A DNA stretch of 35,850 nt from Thermoflexales bacterium (lineage in GTDB: Bacteria; Chloroflexota; Anaerolineae; Fen-1058): contig JADGQE010000002.1 of assembly GCA_017882055.1 (NCBI GenBank), positions 1 through 35,850 of the forward strand. Reading direction: 5' to 3'. Under the pieces are notes generated by a model. The model worked only from the letters and a program-made list of their open reading frames with translations, did no database searches and was not told the origin of the DNA. The translations under genes were made by a program, and so were the position numbers. Of this stretch, positions 8,544-18,208 are shown piece after piece. The first letter of the stretch is position 1, and each line of letters opens with the position of its first letter.

Positions 8544-8675
8544 TGTCATTCTGAGCGGAGCGACGCCTGGCGGCCCACCGGCGCGATGCGCCGGGCATGG
8601 GCAGAATCTCTGCGCCGGTTATCATCAAGTGCCGGTCGTGGCAGAGATTCTTCGCAAAAAACGCTCAGAATGACA
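8544..8675. mobile_element. MITE-like nested-inverted-repeat element, copy A (132 bp)
   Basis: Perfect 14-bp terminal inverted repeats (TGTCATTCTGAGCG ... CGCTCAGAATGACA). Inner inverted repeat AGAATCTCTG / CAGAGATTCT. Internal hairpin CCGGCGC-gat-GCGCCGG. The first 70 nt or so closely match copy B at 35228. Confidence 0.7.
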
Positions 8676-8729
8676 CTTCGGTAAACAATTACGAATCCGA
8701 AAACCATCTTTGCCAGAGTGATAACGCTT

Positions 8730-10982
<2,253 letters not shown>

Positions 10983-11000
10983 TCGTCATGCAAGCGAAGT

Positions 11001-11029
11001 GCCCGGTGATGAGCCGGGCCTTTTCTTTT
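11001..11029 (+). terminator. rho-independent terminator
   Basis: GCCCGG-tgatgag-CCGGGC followed by CTTTTCTTTT, 19 nt after the stop at 10982. Confidence 0.8.
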
Positions 11030-11051
11030 GATCGGGTTGGCAGGCACTCGT

Positions 11052-11079
11052 TTTACAAATGTCGGCTTGAATGTATAAT
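11052..11079 (+). promoter_or_regulatory. sigma70-type promoter of the histidine kinase gene
   Basis: TTTACA (11052..11057), 16-nt spacer, TATAAT (11074..11079), about 38 nt upstream of ATG 11117. Confidence 0.55.
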
Positions 11080-11116
11080 CCAGCGACAACATCGATCGAT
11101 TGGACAGGTGGGTCAG

Positions 11117-12289
11117 ATGCAAGACGAACGCAAAACCAAACAACAACTGATCGCTGAATTGAATCAACTGCGCAGTAACGTTCGCCGTCAAGCCGAGCAG
11201 ATGGAGCAACGCGCGGCTGAACTGGAAAGCGAGCGCCAGCGAACGCAGGCGATCCTTGACTCCGCCGGCGAGGGCATCTTGTTGCTGAATACCGAGCAGG
11301 AAATTCAATACCTCAACCCGGCGGTCGAACGGCTCACGGGCCATACGGCGGTCGAAATGTTGGGGCACGAGCTGCGCATCTGGATCAGCGGCCTTACCCC
11401 GCACAGCGTGATGAGTGATCTGGATGATCATATACGCCGGGGCGAAGTGTGGCAGGGTGAAGTGATTAATCGGCGCAAGGATGGCTCTTTGTACGATGTC
11501 GCGCTGACCATCAACCCGCTCAAAGATTCCGAAGGTCGCGTGGCGGCTTACGTCGCCATTCAGCATGACATTACTCATCTCAAAGAACTCGATCGCCTCA
11601 AAGATCAATTTGTGACGCGGATCGGGCATGAACTGCGGACACCGGTCGCCAATGTGAAGCTGTATCTTGGATTGTTGGAGCGTGGCAAGCCGGAGAAGCG
11701 CGAGCAATACTTGCAAACGCTCCGCAACGAAACTGAGCGCTTGCAGAAACTGGTAAACGGCTTCCTTGAGATTTCCGAATGGGATACCAGCACTGAACCG
11801 GTTCATCTGATGGCTGTGAGTCTGAACCCGCTCCTGGCTGATCTGTGGGCCGATCGGGCGGCACTGGCCGCCGAGCGCGGCCTCAGCCTGGATACGAATA
11901 TCGATCTGGCCTTGCCTCCGGCGCTTGCCAATCAAGCGATGGTGTTCCACATTGCATCGAACCTGATTGCGAACGCGTTAGACTATACCCCGCGCGGTGG
12001 ACGACTCACGCTGAGTACGGCGGTTCGATCGAAGCAGGATCGGAACTGGGTCACATTCTGCGTACAAGACAGCGGGCCTGGCATTGCGCCCGATGAGGTG
12101 CCGCGCCTCTTTGAGCGTTTCTATCGCGGCAAAGCCGCCGATAGTTTTGCGATTCCGGGCGCGGGACTTGGTCTGGCGATCAGCAAGGTGATTGTCGGAA
12201 AGCTCGGCGGTTTTATCACGGTGGAAAGCCCGCCGGCAATCGAAGGAGAGGGTGCGGCTTTCATCGTCTGGCTGAAGATGGCGCCGTAA
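11117..12289 (+). CDS. PAS-domain sensor histidine kinase
   Basis: Coiled coil, then PAS (ILLLNTEQEIQYLNPAVERLTGH), HisKA H-box (RIGHELRTPV) and HATPase_c (NLIANALDYT, DSGPGI, GAGLGLAI). The track start 10889 lies inside the previous gene. ATG 11117 follows the terminator and promoter and has AGGTGG 5 nt upstream. No response regulator is adjacent. Confidence 0.85.
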   Translation: MQDERKTKQQLIAELNQLRSNVRRQAEQMEQRAAELESERQRTQAILDSAGEGILLLNTEQEIQYLNPAVERLTGHTAVEMLGHELRIWISGLTPHSVMSDLDDHIRRGEVWQGEVINRRKDGSLYDVALTINPLKDSEGRVAAYVAIQHDITHLKELDRLKDQFVTRIGHELRTPVANVKLYLGLLERGKPEKREQYLQTLRNETERLQKLVNGFLEISEWDTSTEPVHLMAVSLNPLLADLWADRAALAAERGLSLDTNIDLALPPALANQAMVFHIASNLIANALDYTPRGGRLTLSTAVRSKQDRNWVTFCVQDSGPGIAPDEVPRLFERFYRGKAADSFAIPGAGLGLAISKVIVGKLGGFITVESPPAIEGEGAAFIVWLKMAP

Positions 12290-12402
12290 ATGTGGGTGCG
12301 GGCACGGGCGGGCAGCTGTTGGCCTGGCTGTTGCTGCGCTTGACGGCCTCGGCTGGCCGCAAACGTGAAGCGTAAACGGGTACACACGTGCAAACGCTAT
12401 GC

Positions 12403-12432
12403 TTGACATCGGGCGAAGCGTGGGTGTACTAT
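12403..12432 (+). promoter_or_regulatory. sigma70-type promoter of moeA
   Basis: TTGACA (12403..12408), 18-nt spacer, TACTAT (12427..12432). Confidence 0.5.
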
Positions 12433-12476
12433 AGTCGCAACAAAACTGCGAAGCGGATTTGATCGAGTCAGTCCCT

Positions 12477-13721
12477 ATGCTATCAGTGCAGGAAGCTCAA
12501 CAGGCAATCTTATCCGGTATTCAGCGGCTGGAACCGGAAACCATTGATCTTGCAGAGGCACTGGGGCGGGTGCTGGCTGAAGAGGTCGTGTCTGATACCG
12601 ATCTGCCTTCGTTTGATAACTCGTCGATGGATGGCTACGCCGTTCGGGCCGAAGACGTGCGCGAGGCGTCGCCCGATCGACCGGTGCGTTTGCCGGTGTG
12701 TGCCGATATTCCCGCCGGTCATCCGATTGATCTGTTGTTGCCGGTCGGTGCAGCCGCGCGCATCACGACCGGTGCGATGCTGCCGGCCGGCGCGGATGCC
12801 GTGGTGCCGGTCGAGGACACCGACGACGGCGCGCGTGGTGCAAGCCCATTGCCGGCTGCGGTGGCGATCCATCGATCGCTGAAACGCGGCGCTTTCGTGC
12901 GGTACGTGGGCGACGATGTGAGACGCGGCGAGAAAGTATTGATCTCAGGCGCGATCGTTCGTCCGGCCGAGATCGCGTTGATGGCGGCGGTTGGACATAG
13001 TCGCGTTCAAGTGATTCGGCGTCCACGCGTGGCGTTGTTTGCCACGGGCGATGAATTGGTCGCACCTGATCAGCTGCCGGCGCCGGGTCAAATTCGCAAT
13101 GTCAACGAGCAGGCGACTGCCGCGCTCGTCGAGCGATATGGCGGCGTGCCAATCCGGTTGGGTATCGCGCGCGATCGATTGGACGCCGTGACCGAAAAAC
13201 TGGTGGAGGCGATCGAGCAGCGGGCTGATCTCATCGTCACTTCGGCCGGCGTTTCAGTCGGCGCTTACGATCTGGTCAAAGAGGCAGTGGCGGCGCACGG
13301 CTCGATCGATCTGTGGCGGGTTCGTATGCGGCCGGGCAAGCCGTTAGCTTTCGGCCAGTATCGTGGCGTGCCTTTCTTTGGATTGCCCGGCAACCCTGTT
13401 TCGGCGATGCTGACGTTTGAGCAATTTGTGCGGCCGGTACTGCGCGTGCTGGGCGGTTTCACCCGCTGGCACAAGCCGACCGTCGGCGTGATTTTGTTGG
13501 AGCCGATCGAGAGTGATGGACGCGAGACTTATGCACGTGCCCGGGTTGAGCGCGACGGCGATCATTGGACGGCGCGGCTGACCGGCGGGCAAGGCTCGAA
13601 CATGTTGAGCAGTCTGGCGCGTGCGAATGCGTTGGTGATCGTGCCGGATGGCGTCTGGCAATTGCCCGCGGGCTCAGCGGCGCAGGCGCAGATGCTGGAC
13701 TGGCCGGATGAAATCGGCTGA
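12477..13721 (+). CDS. moeA: molybdopterin molybdotransferase
   Basis: MoeA/gephyrin-E signatures: ALGRVLAEEV, FDNSSMDGYAV, GAMLPAGADAVV, TGDEL, SAGVSVG, RPGKP, GLPGNPVSA. ATG 12477 gives the usual N-terminus; the track start is TTG 12459. Confidence 0.9.
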   Translation: MLSVQEAQQAILSGIQRLEPETIDLAEALGRVLAEEVVSDTDLPSFDNSSMDGYAVRAEDVREASPDRPVRLPVCADIPAGHPIDLLLPVGAAARITTGAMLPAGADAVVPVEDTDDGARGASPLPAAVAIHRSLKRGAFVRYVGDDVRRGEKVLISGAIVRPAEIALMAAVGHSRVQVIRRPRVALFATGDELVAPDQLPAPGQIRNVNEQATAALVERYGGVPIRLGIARDRLDAVTEKLVEAIEQRADLIVTSAGVSVGAYDLVKEAVAAHGSIDLWRVRMRPGKPLAFGQYRGVPFFGLPGNPVSAMLTFEQFVRPVLRVLGGFTRWHKPTVGVILLEPIESDGRETYARARVERDGDHWTARLTGGQGSNMLSSLARANALVIVPDGVWQLPAGSAAQAQMLDWPDEIG

Positions 13722-13730
13722 GGCTTGACC

Positions 13731-13758
13731 TTGCGTGTTGCATAGTTCCTGATATAAT
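13731..13758 (+). promoter_or_regulatory. candidate promoter of the acidic-protein gene
   Basis: TTGCGT (13731..13736), 16-nt spacer, TATAAT (13753..13758). A better -35 (TTGACC, 13725..13730) is 22 nt away, which is too far. Confidence 0.4.
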
Positions 13759-13805
13759 CGCGTCGAATTATCCGAACTTGTCGGATGGATGGTAGGAGGT
13801 GGTTG

Positions 13806-14117
13806 ATGCCGCGCATTCGCTGTAACTATGAAGGTTGCATTCACTTGGAAGGCGGACTTTGTACGGCCGATGATATCGATCTTGATCAAGAATTAGGCTG
13901 CCTGACGTTTTCTCAGGTAGAGGAAGAAGAGATTGCCGTCGTCGACGGTCTCGAAGACGAGTGGGCGGAGGATGAGGTTGCCACTGCCGAAGATGAAGAT
14001 GAAGACGAAGAGGAAGATTGGGAGGACCTCGACGAGGAAGAGGACGATGATGACGATGATGAAGACGAAGACGATGATAGTTTTCGTCCCGCACCCCGCA
14101 GCCGTCGAAAGGCGTGA
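13806..14117 (+). CDS. DUF1540-like Cys-motif domain fused to a polyacidic tail
   Basis: ATG 13806 with GGAGG at 13794..13798. N-terminus RCNYEGCIHLEGGLCTADDIDLD..GCLTF resembles the DUF1540 pattern C-x4-C-x7-C-x-A-x2-I...C-x-T-F (from memory). A 52-aa stretch then has 39 Asp/Glu, followed by a short basic end (RSRRKA). Confidence 0.65.
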   Translation: MPRIRCNYEGCIHLEGGLCTADDIDLDQELGCLTFSQVEEEEIAVVDGLEDEWAEDEVATAEDEDEDEEEDWEDLDEEEDDDDDDEDEDDDSFRPAPRSRRKA

Positions 14118-14151
14118 TCTCTCTTTGTGGTGAAGGTTTCTCTGGAACGAA

Positions 14152-14183
14152 CAGCGGGTTCTATCGTTAGATAGAACCCGCTG
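14152..14183. terminator. bidirectional hairpin terminator between convergent genes
   Basis: CAGCGGGTTCTATC-gtta-GATAGAACCCGCTG (14-bp perfect stem), followed by ATGTTTTGT on the + strand. It sits between the stops at 14117 (+) and 14209 (-). Confidence 0.75.
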
Positions 14184-14208
14184 ATGTTTTGTGAGTGGCT
14201 AACATGCG

Positions 14209-15165
14209 CTAATTTTGCTGCCGATGCTGTTCAATCGTCCGGCGGAAGATATCTTCGTGTTCGGTGGAGGTGTTTATGCGGGCTTTGCCGGTCTTGCTCG
14301 CGGCGGGCGTTTCCGCGACATTCTGCTGAGCGGCTTGAAAGGCGACTTGCATCGGCGTCAGCACGGGTACCTCTTCTTCTTGTTCCAGCTCGGCCATCGC
14401 TTCGGCCATATCGAACTTCATCGTCAACTTGATTTGATGCTTGCGCGCATTCACTTCGAGGACGCGGACCTCGACTTCCTCGCCGACCTTAACCACGTCT
14501 GAAGCCTGGGCGACGTATCCGCCCGGCCCCATCTCGCTGATGTGTACCATGCCTTCGCGCTCGGCCCCGATGTCGACGAATGCGCCGAAGTGTTCGACCC
14601 GTGTGACTTTGCCGGGATAGGTCTGGCCGTGCTTGATGTCATTCCAATCGAGCGCCGCCGGTTCGAGCATGCTCAAGCCGATGCGATTTTCTTTGCGCGA
14701 GGCTTTAACCACCCAGACCGTGATCTCATCGCCTTCTTTGACCAGATCGGATGGTTTGTTGACCCGGGTCTTGGCCATCGAGCTAACGGGGACCAGTCCG
14801 TCTTTGGGCGCGCCGACATTGACAAACACGCCGAAGTCTTCGACCTTGACGATCTTGCCCGTCAACTTCAGGCCGCGCTGCAGATCATTCCAGTCGAGCG
14901 GCGGCGGCTCGATGCGGGTTAGTGCGATCAAGCCTTCAGCGGGCTTAACCTGCTTGACCCAGACGGTGACCGTTTCGCCTTCCTTCAGGACATCTGCAAC
15001 GCGGGTCGCCATATGGCCGGGCTGCAGTTCTGAGATGTGCAAAAATGCTTCGCGTTCGGCGCCGATATCAAAGCGTGCGCCGGCCAATTCGACCCTGGTC
15101 ACCTTGCCTTCGAACTTCATCTTGGGTTTGATGCTGCTGAGTGGAATGCGATCTGATTCGGACAC
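14209..15165 (-). CDS. S1 RNA-binding domain protein (three S1 domains), ribosomal protein S1-like
   Basis: Three S1 repeats (GKVTRVELAGARFDIG, GKIVKVEDFGVFVNVG, GKVTRVEHFGAFVDIG). GTG 15165 preferred because AGGAAGG lies 6 nt upstream. The track start 15240 lies inside a leader hairpin. Confidence 0.8.
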   Translation of the reverse strand: MSESDRIPLSSIKPKMKFEGKVTRVELAGARFDIGAEREAFLHISELQPGHMATRVADVLKEGETVTVWVKQVKPAEGLIALTRIEPPPLDWNDLQRGLKLTGKIVKVEDFGVFVNVGAPKDGLVPVSSMAKTRVNKPSDLVKEGDEITVWVVKASRKENRIGLSMLEPAALDWNDIKHGQTYPGKVTRVEHFGAFVDIGAEREGMVHISEMGPGGYVAQASDVVKVGEEVEVRVLEVNARKHQIKLTMKFDMAEAMAELEQEEEVPVLTPMQVAFQAAQQNVAETPAASKTGKARINTSTEHEDIFRRTIEQHRQQN

Positions 15166-15257
15166 TATTAACCTTCCTGCTCGACGTGGATAGATATACA
15201 TGGCAACGCCCCGTTTGAGCGGGGCGCTGGAAATTTCCATAGGCTATTTCCAGTTGC
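15166..15257 (-). promoter_or_regulatory. structured 5' leader of the S1-like gene
   Basis: Two hairpins on the minus strand: CTGGAAAT...ATTTCCAG (15227..15253, 8-bp stem) and CGCCCCG-n6-CGGGGCG (15207..15226). They lie between the consensus promoter and the SD. Confidence 0.5.
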
Positions 15258-15263
15258 GGGCCG

Positions 15264-15292
15264 ATTATACCGCTCTGGTGTCAGACTGTCAA
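15264..15292 (-). promoter_or_regulatory. consensus sigma70 promoter of the S1-like gene
   Basis: Minus strand: TTGACA (15287..15292), 17-nt spacer, TATAAT (15264..15269). Confidence 0.75.
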
Positions 15293-15312
15293 ACAAACCG
15301 CAGCATTCCGGG

Positions 15313-15507
15313 CTAATACCAGGGGCCTGTCTGCAGATCGCTTAGAAACTGTTCACGATCTTCGCGATCCTGGATGCTGTGCCCGGCTTCATACGCCAGG
15401 CGGCGATACTTTGCAGACTCGGTGGTGTTGCCGGCGCATGCCAGCGCACGAGCGACACTTTCATAAGCATAAGCAATATCGGCTCTTCCGGCTTCGGCGG
15501 GAAACAC
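15313..15507 (-). CDS. small hypothetical protein, possibly a C-terminal gene fragment
   Basis: The 64-codon ORF (GTG start) has protein-like helical sequence (ADIAYAYESVARALACAGNTTESAKYRRLAYEAG..DREDREQFLSDL). It has no SD, and its frame opens only at the arm of the palindromic element at 15513. No family recognised. Confidence 0.3.
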   Translation of the reverse strand: MFPAEAGRADIAYAYESVARALACAGNTTESAKYRRLAYEAGHSIQDREDREQFLSDLQTGPWY

Positions 15508-15512
15508 GCCAT

Positions 15513-15593
15513 CCTTGCGAGGGGTTTAGGGACGATGGGAGCACTGCACCGCAGGTGTTGACTATCCTCGCGGTCACCCCTCGCAAGGTTTTT
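15513..15593. repeat. palindromic element (13-bp arms, 50-nt loop) with T-run
   Basis: CCTTGCGAGGGGT (15513..15525) pairs with ACCCCTCGCAAGG (15576..15588), followed by TTTTT. It shares the 11-mer CTCGCAAGGTT with the dinB-proximal terminator at 32666..32676. Confidence 0.6.
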
Positions 15594-15650
15594 CCCGCTC
15601 AACTCGGAAGAGCCGCAATATCAAAATCTGCAAGGCCATTTGTCTCGCCG

Positions 15651-15674
15651 TCTGCTACCTGATAGGGTAGCAGA
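15651..15674 (-). terminator. hairpin downstream of recA (weak terminator candidate)
   Basis: TCTGCTACC-n6-GGTAGCAGA (9-bp stem) begins 10 nt after the recA stop. No U-tract. Confidence 0.35.
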
Positions 15675-15683
15675 GACTTCACT

Positions 15684-16892
15684 TCATGCTTCGTAACCCT
15701 CGGCCTCTTCGACTATCGCTTCGGCAATGGCGATCGCACCTTCCGGCGCGTCCTCATCTTCTTTGTCTTCCGCGGCGGGAGGCAGGCTGGCCTTCGCCAA
15801 CTCAGCAGCCTTCTCGACATTGCTGCGGATGGTGGCCTCGATCTCATTAGCGATCTCGGGATGGGCTTTGAGGAAGTCTTTGGCATTCTCGCGGCCCTGA
15901 CCAAATTTCACATCGCCATACGCGAAGAAAGCGCCGCGCTTGGTGATGATGTCCATGTTGGTGCCGATGTCCAGAACATCGCCGACTTTGCTGATGCCTT
16001 CGTTGAACATGATGTCGAACTCGGCTTCGCGGAAGGGTGGGGCGACTTTGTTTTTGGTCACGCGCACTTTGACGCGGTTGCCGACGACTTCGGCGTCGGT
16101 CTTGATGCTCTGAGTGCGGCGAATGTCCAACCGCACCGAGGCGTAAAACTTGAGTGCGTTACCGCCGGTGGTGGTTTCGGGATTGCCAAACATTACGCCG
16201 ATCTTCATACGGAGCTGGTTGGTGAAGACGAGGGCGGTGTTTGATTGCTTGATCGCGCCCGAAAGTTTTCGCAGCGCCTGCGACATCAGACGGGCCTGTA
16301 AGCCCATGTGACTGTCGCCCATCTCGCCTTCGATCTCAGCGCGTGGCACGAGCGCGGCGACGGAATCGATAATGATCAGATCGACTGCGCCCGATCGGAC
16401 CAGCTGTTCCGCAATTTCGAGTGCTTGCTCGCCGGTATCCGGTTGCGAGATGTACAGGTTATCGACATCGACCCCGCACAGGGCGGCGTAACCCGGATCA
16501 AGCGCATGTTCCATGTCGATGTAAGCGGTGATGCCGCCGCGCTTCTGCGTTTCGGCCACGAGGTGTTGACAGAGCGTGGTCTTGCCGGCCGATTCCGGCC
16601 CATAGATTTCCGTGACGCGGCCGCGCGGGATGCCGCCAACGCCCAGGGCCAGATCGAGTGCCAGTGAACCGGTCGGGATAGTTTCAACTTTCATATGAGT
16701 CGCTTCGCCCAGCCGCATGATCGATCCTTCGCCGAAACGCTTGAGGATGGTACCCAGCGCTTGATCGAGTGCGCGGGCCTTGCCCGGATCGATTTGAGGC
16801 TCGGCTTTCTTGGTCTTTTTTGTCTTGGCTCCTTCGATAAATTCCGTCAGTTCTTCAGGTGAGTCTGCTTCCACTTTCTTTTTGCGTGCCAT
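15684..16892 (-). CDS. recA: recombinase RecA with Lys-rich N-terminal extension and acidic tail
   Basis: [22 protein letters not shown], Walker [63 protein letters not shown] 6 nt upstream of ATG 16892, overlapping the upstream stop codon. About 36 extra N-terminal residues ([32 protein letters not shown]). Confidence 0.95.
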   Translation of the reverse strand: MARKKKVEADSPEELTEFIEGAKTKKTKKAEPQIDPGKARALDQALGTILKRFGEGSIMRLGEATHMKVETIPTGSLALDLALGVGGIPRGRVTEIYGPESAGKTTLCQHLVAETQKRGGITAYIDMEHALDPGYAALCGVDVDNLYISQPDTGEQALEIAEQLVRSGAVDLIIIDSVAALVPRAEIEGEMGDSHMGLQARLMSQALRKLSGAIKQSNTALVFTNQLRMKIGVMFGNPETTTGGNALKFYASVRLDIRRTQSIKTDAEVVGNRVKVRVTKNKVAPPFREAEFDIMFNEGISKVGDVLDIGTNMDIITKRGAFFAYGDVKFGQGRENAKDFLKAHPEIANEIEATIRSNVEKAAELAKASLPPAAEDKEDEDAPEGAIAIAEAIVEEAEGYEA

Positions 16893-16902
16893 GTTGTATC
16901 TC

Positions 16903-17256
16903 CTATAGTGTTGATCGAATTGATTGCAGCACGTTGCGTGCTTCAGGAACGAAGTTTAAGAAACCGGCCAACTTTTGGCAGGTATCGAACTCACGGCAAT
17001 GCGCGCAATTGGGAATTTGATGCACGCTGCCGCAAGCCCGGATCTCGCATTCGGCGCAGTGGCCGCCCTGTCGTCCGCCGAAAGCCACACAGCCGTCACA
17101 AGTAACGTAAGCGGCTGTTAATCCCGGCGCGTTATAGAGTTGCTGCCATTTGATGGCTACGCGTTCCCTGGCGGCTTCATCGTTTGCCTGGGTAGCGAGG
17201 TAAGCCTCACACTGGGAACAATTCAATCCGCATACCGCGATCAGTTGGTCCATCAT
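16903..17256 (-). CDS. DUF3795-like Cys-rich protein
   Basis: [41 protein letters not shown] pattern. The stop is 10 nt from the recA ATG, so the two are probably co-transcribed and translationally coupled. Confidence 0.75.
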   Translation of the reverse strand: MMDQLIAVCGLNCSQCEAYLATQANDEAARERVAIKWQQLYNAPGLTAAYVTCDGCVAFGGRQGGHCAECEIRACGSVHQIPNCAHCREFDTCQKLAGFLNFVPEARNVLQSIRSTL

Positions 17257-17284
17257 GACCTCTTGTAACTTTGAGGATTATACA

Positions 17285-17313
17285 AGAATAGCACAAGCGT
17301 TCTACTCTGTCAA
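17285..17313 (-). promoter_or_regulatory. promoter of the DUF3795-recA operon
   Basis: Minus strand: TTGACA (17308..17313), 17-nt spacer, TATTCT (17285..17290). A second -10-like TATAAT lies at 17277..17282. Confidence 0.6.
17289..17304. promoter_or_regulatory. candidate LexA/SOS operator (TAGAAC-N4-GTGCTA)
   Basis: Minus-strand TAGAACGCTTGTGCTA fills the promoter spacer and overlaps the -10. It is 14/16 identical to the box at 33158..33173 in the dinB-operon promoter, in the same register. Confidence 0.5.
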
Positions 17314-17400
17314 TCGAACAAAACCTTAAAATCTGGCGCAGGATTTGGGGGCGGCGGCGGGGCAAGGGCGTGGATTGCATTTTCAGACTAGCACAGGTTG

Positions 17401-17883
17401 CTAGATCGAATAGGCTTTCCACTGCGACGTCGAACTGGGCGGAATGTCAATTTCCGTTAGCCCGGTCGATTCACTGCTCAGCATTCGCAAACCGATCTTG
17501 CGTGATAAGGGGAACACCGGTTCCAATGCTGCGATCTGTTCTGCGTCGAAAAACTCAGCCGCGCTGATTTCGTATTCGTCGGCGTGTGGCTCACCCGATG
17601 AGACTTCAGCCCGAAAGATGACGAGTACCGCGCCGCCCTTTTCGCCGTAGCGTGTCCGCACGCCGACGATGCCCCTGACGGCGATCTCAAGCCCCGTCTC
17701 TTCAAGCAGTTCGCGCTGCACCGCTTTGTCGAGTGTTTCAGCGTGATTGACATAGCCGCCGGGCAAAGTCCACGTGCCTTTGTGAGGTTCGTAGTTGCGC
17801 TGAACGTATAACACTTTGCCGTCGCGCACGACGGCGCCCGTTACACCGATATCCCAGCGTTTGCCTGCGTCTTGATCTCTCAT
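17401..17883 (-). CDS. NUDIX hydrolase
   Basis: Nudix box GGYVNHAETLDKAVQRELLEETGL. ATG 17883 preferred; the track start 17931 would overlap the upstream gene by 35 nt. Confidence 0.85.
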   Translation of the reverse strand: MRDQDAGKRWDIGVTGAVVRDGKVLYVQRNYEPHKGTWTLPGGYVNHAETLDKAVQRELLEETGLEIAVRGIVGVRTRYGEKGGAVLVIFRAEVSSGEPHADEYEISAAEFFDAEQIAALEPVFPLSRKIGLRMLSSESTGLTEIDIPPSSTSQWKAYSI

Positions 17884-17896
17884 GCGGCCTGCTTGC

Positions 17897-18199
17897 TCAC
17901 TGCGGTTCTTCTTTCGCAAATAGCCTGGCAAAGCCGGGATAAGCGACCAAAGGAATCACATCAAATGTAATCAGTCCCTGTTCGACGAGGGGCAGGGTGC
18001 TCAATACGGTTTTGGCCTCTTCCATGCTTGCGCATTCGAGGATGAGTACGGCGCTAGGCCGATCGGCGCGGAAGTATAGTTCTCGCAGAACGCCGGCCTG
18101 ATACAGTTTCCACGCTCGGGCTGATTCCGCTTTCAGATGTGGCTTAAAGTCCTCGGCTGTGAAGCCGGCAACGTCTTGCTCAAGCGCTAAGATTTTCAT
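17897..18199 (-). CDS. small dimeric alpha/beta-barrel protein, muconolactone-isomerase-like
   Basis: 100 aa. The pattern AWKLYQAGVLRELYFRAD..AVLILECASMEEAKTVLSTLPLV..FDVIPL resembles MIase-like family members (recollection, not a search). Confidence 0.55.
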   Translation of the reverse strand: MKILALEQDVAGFTAEDFKPHLKAESARAWKLYQAGVLRELYFRADRPSAVLILECASMEEAKTVLSTLPLVEQGLITFDVIPLVAYPGFARLFAKEEPQ

Positions 18200-18208
18200 C
18201 GATGTGTC

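Noticed and set aside
12290-12476. Possible Moco riboswitch upstream of moeA
   Set aside because: The predicted promoter leaves only about 40 nt of leader, too short for the roughly 130-nt Moco motif, and I see no matching conserved stems.
13768-14133. Alternative-frame ORFs (13768..14094 minus strand, 13933..14133 plus strand) over the polyacidic tract
   Set aside because: They are by-products of the GAn/GAC-rich repeat-like coding sequence. Only the frame with the GGAGG SD and the Cys motif is supported.
15166-15240. N-terminal extension of the S1-domain gene to ATG 15240
   Set aside because: The ATG lies inside a leader hairpin and has no SD. GTG 15165 has AGGAAGG at ideal spacing, and the S1 domain begins just after it.
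15342-15602. 86-aa minus-strand ORF overlapping the small 15313..15507 ORF and the palindromic element
   Set aside because: It reads straight through the 13-bp-arm palindrome and has low-complexity, Pro/Ala-rich sequence.
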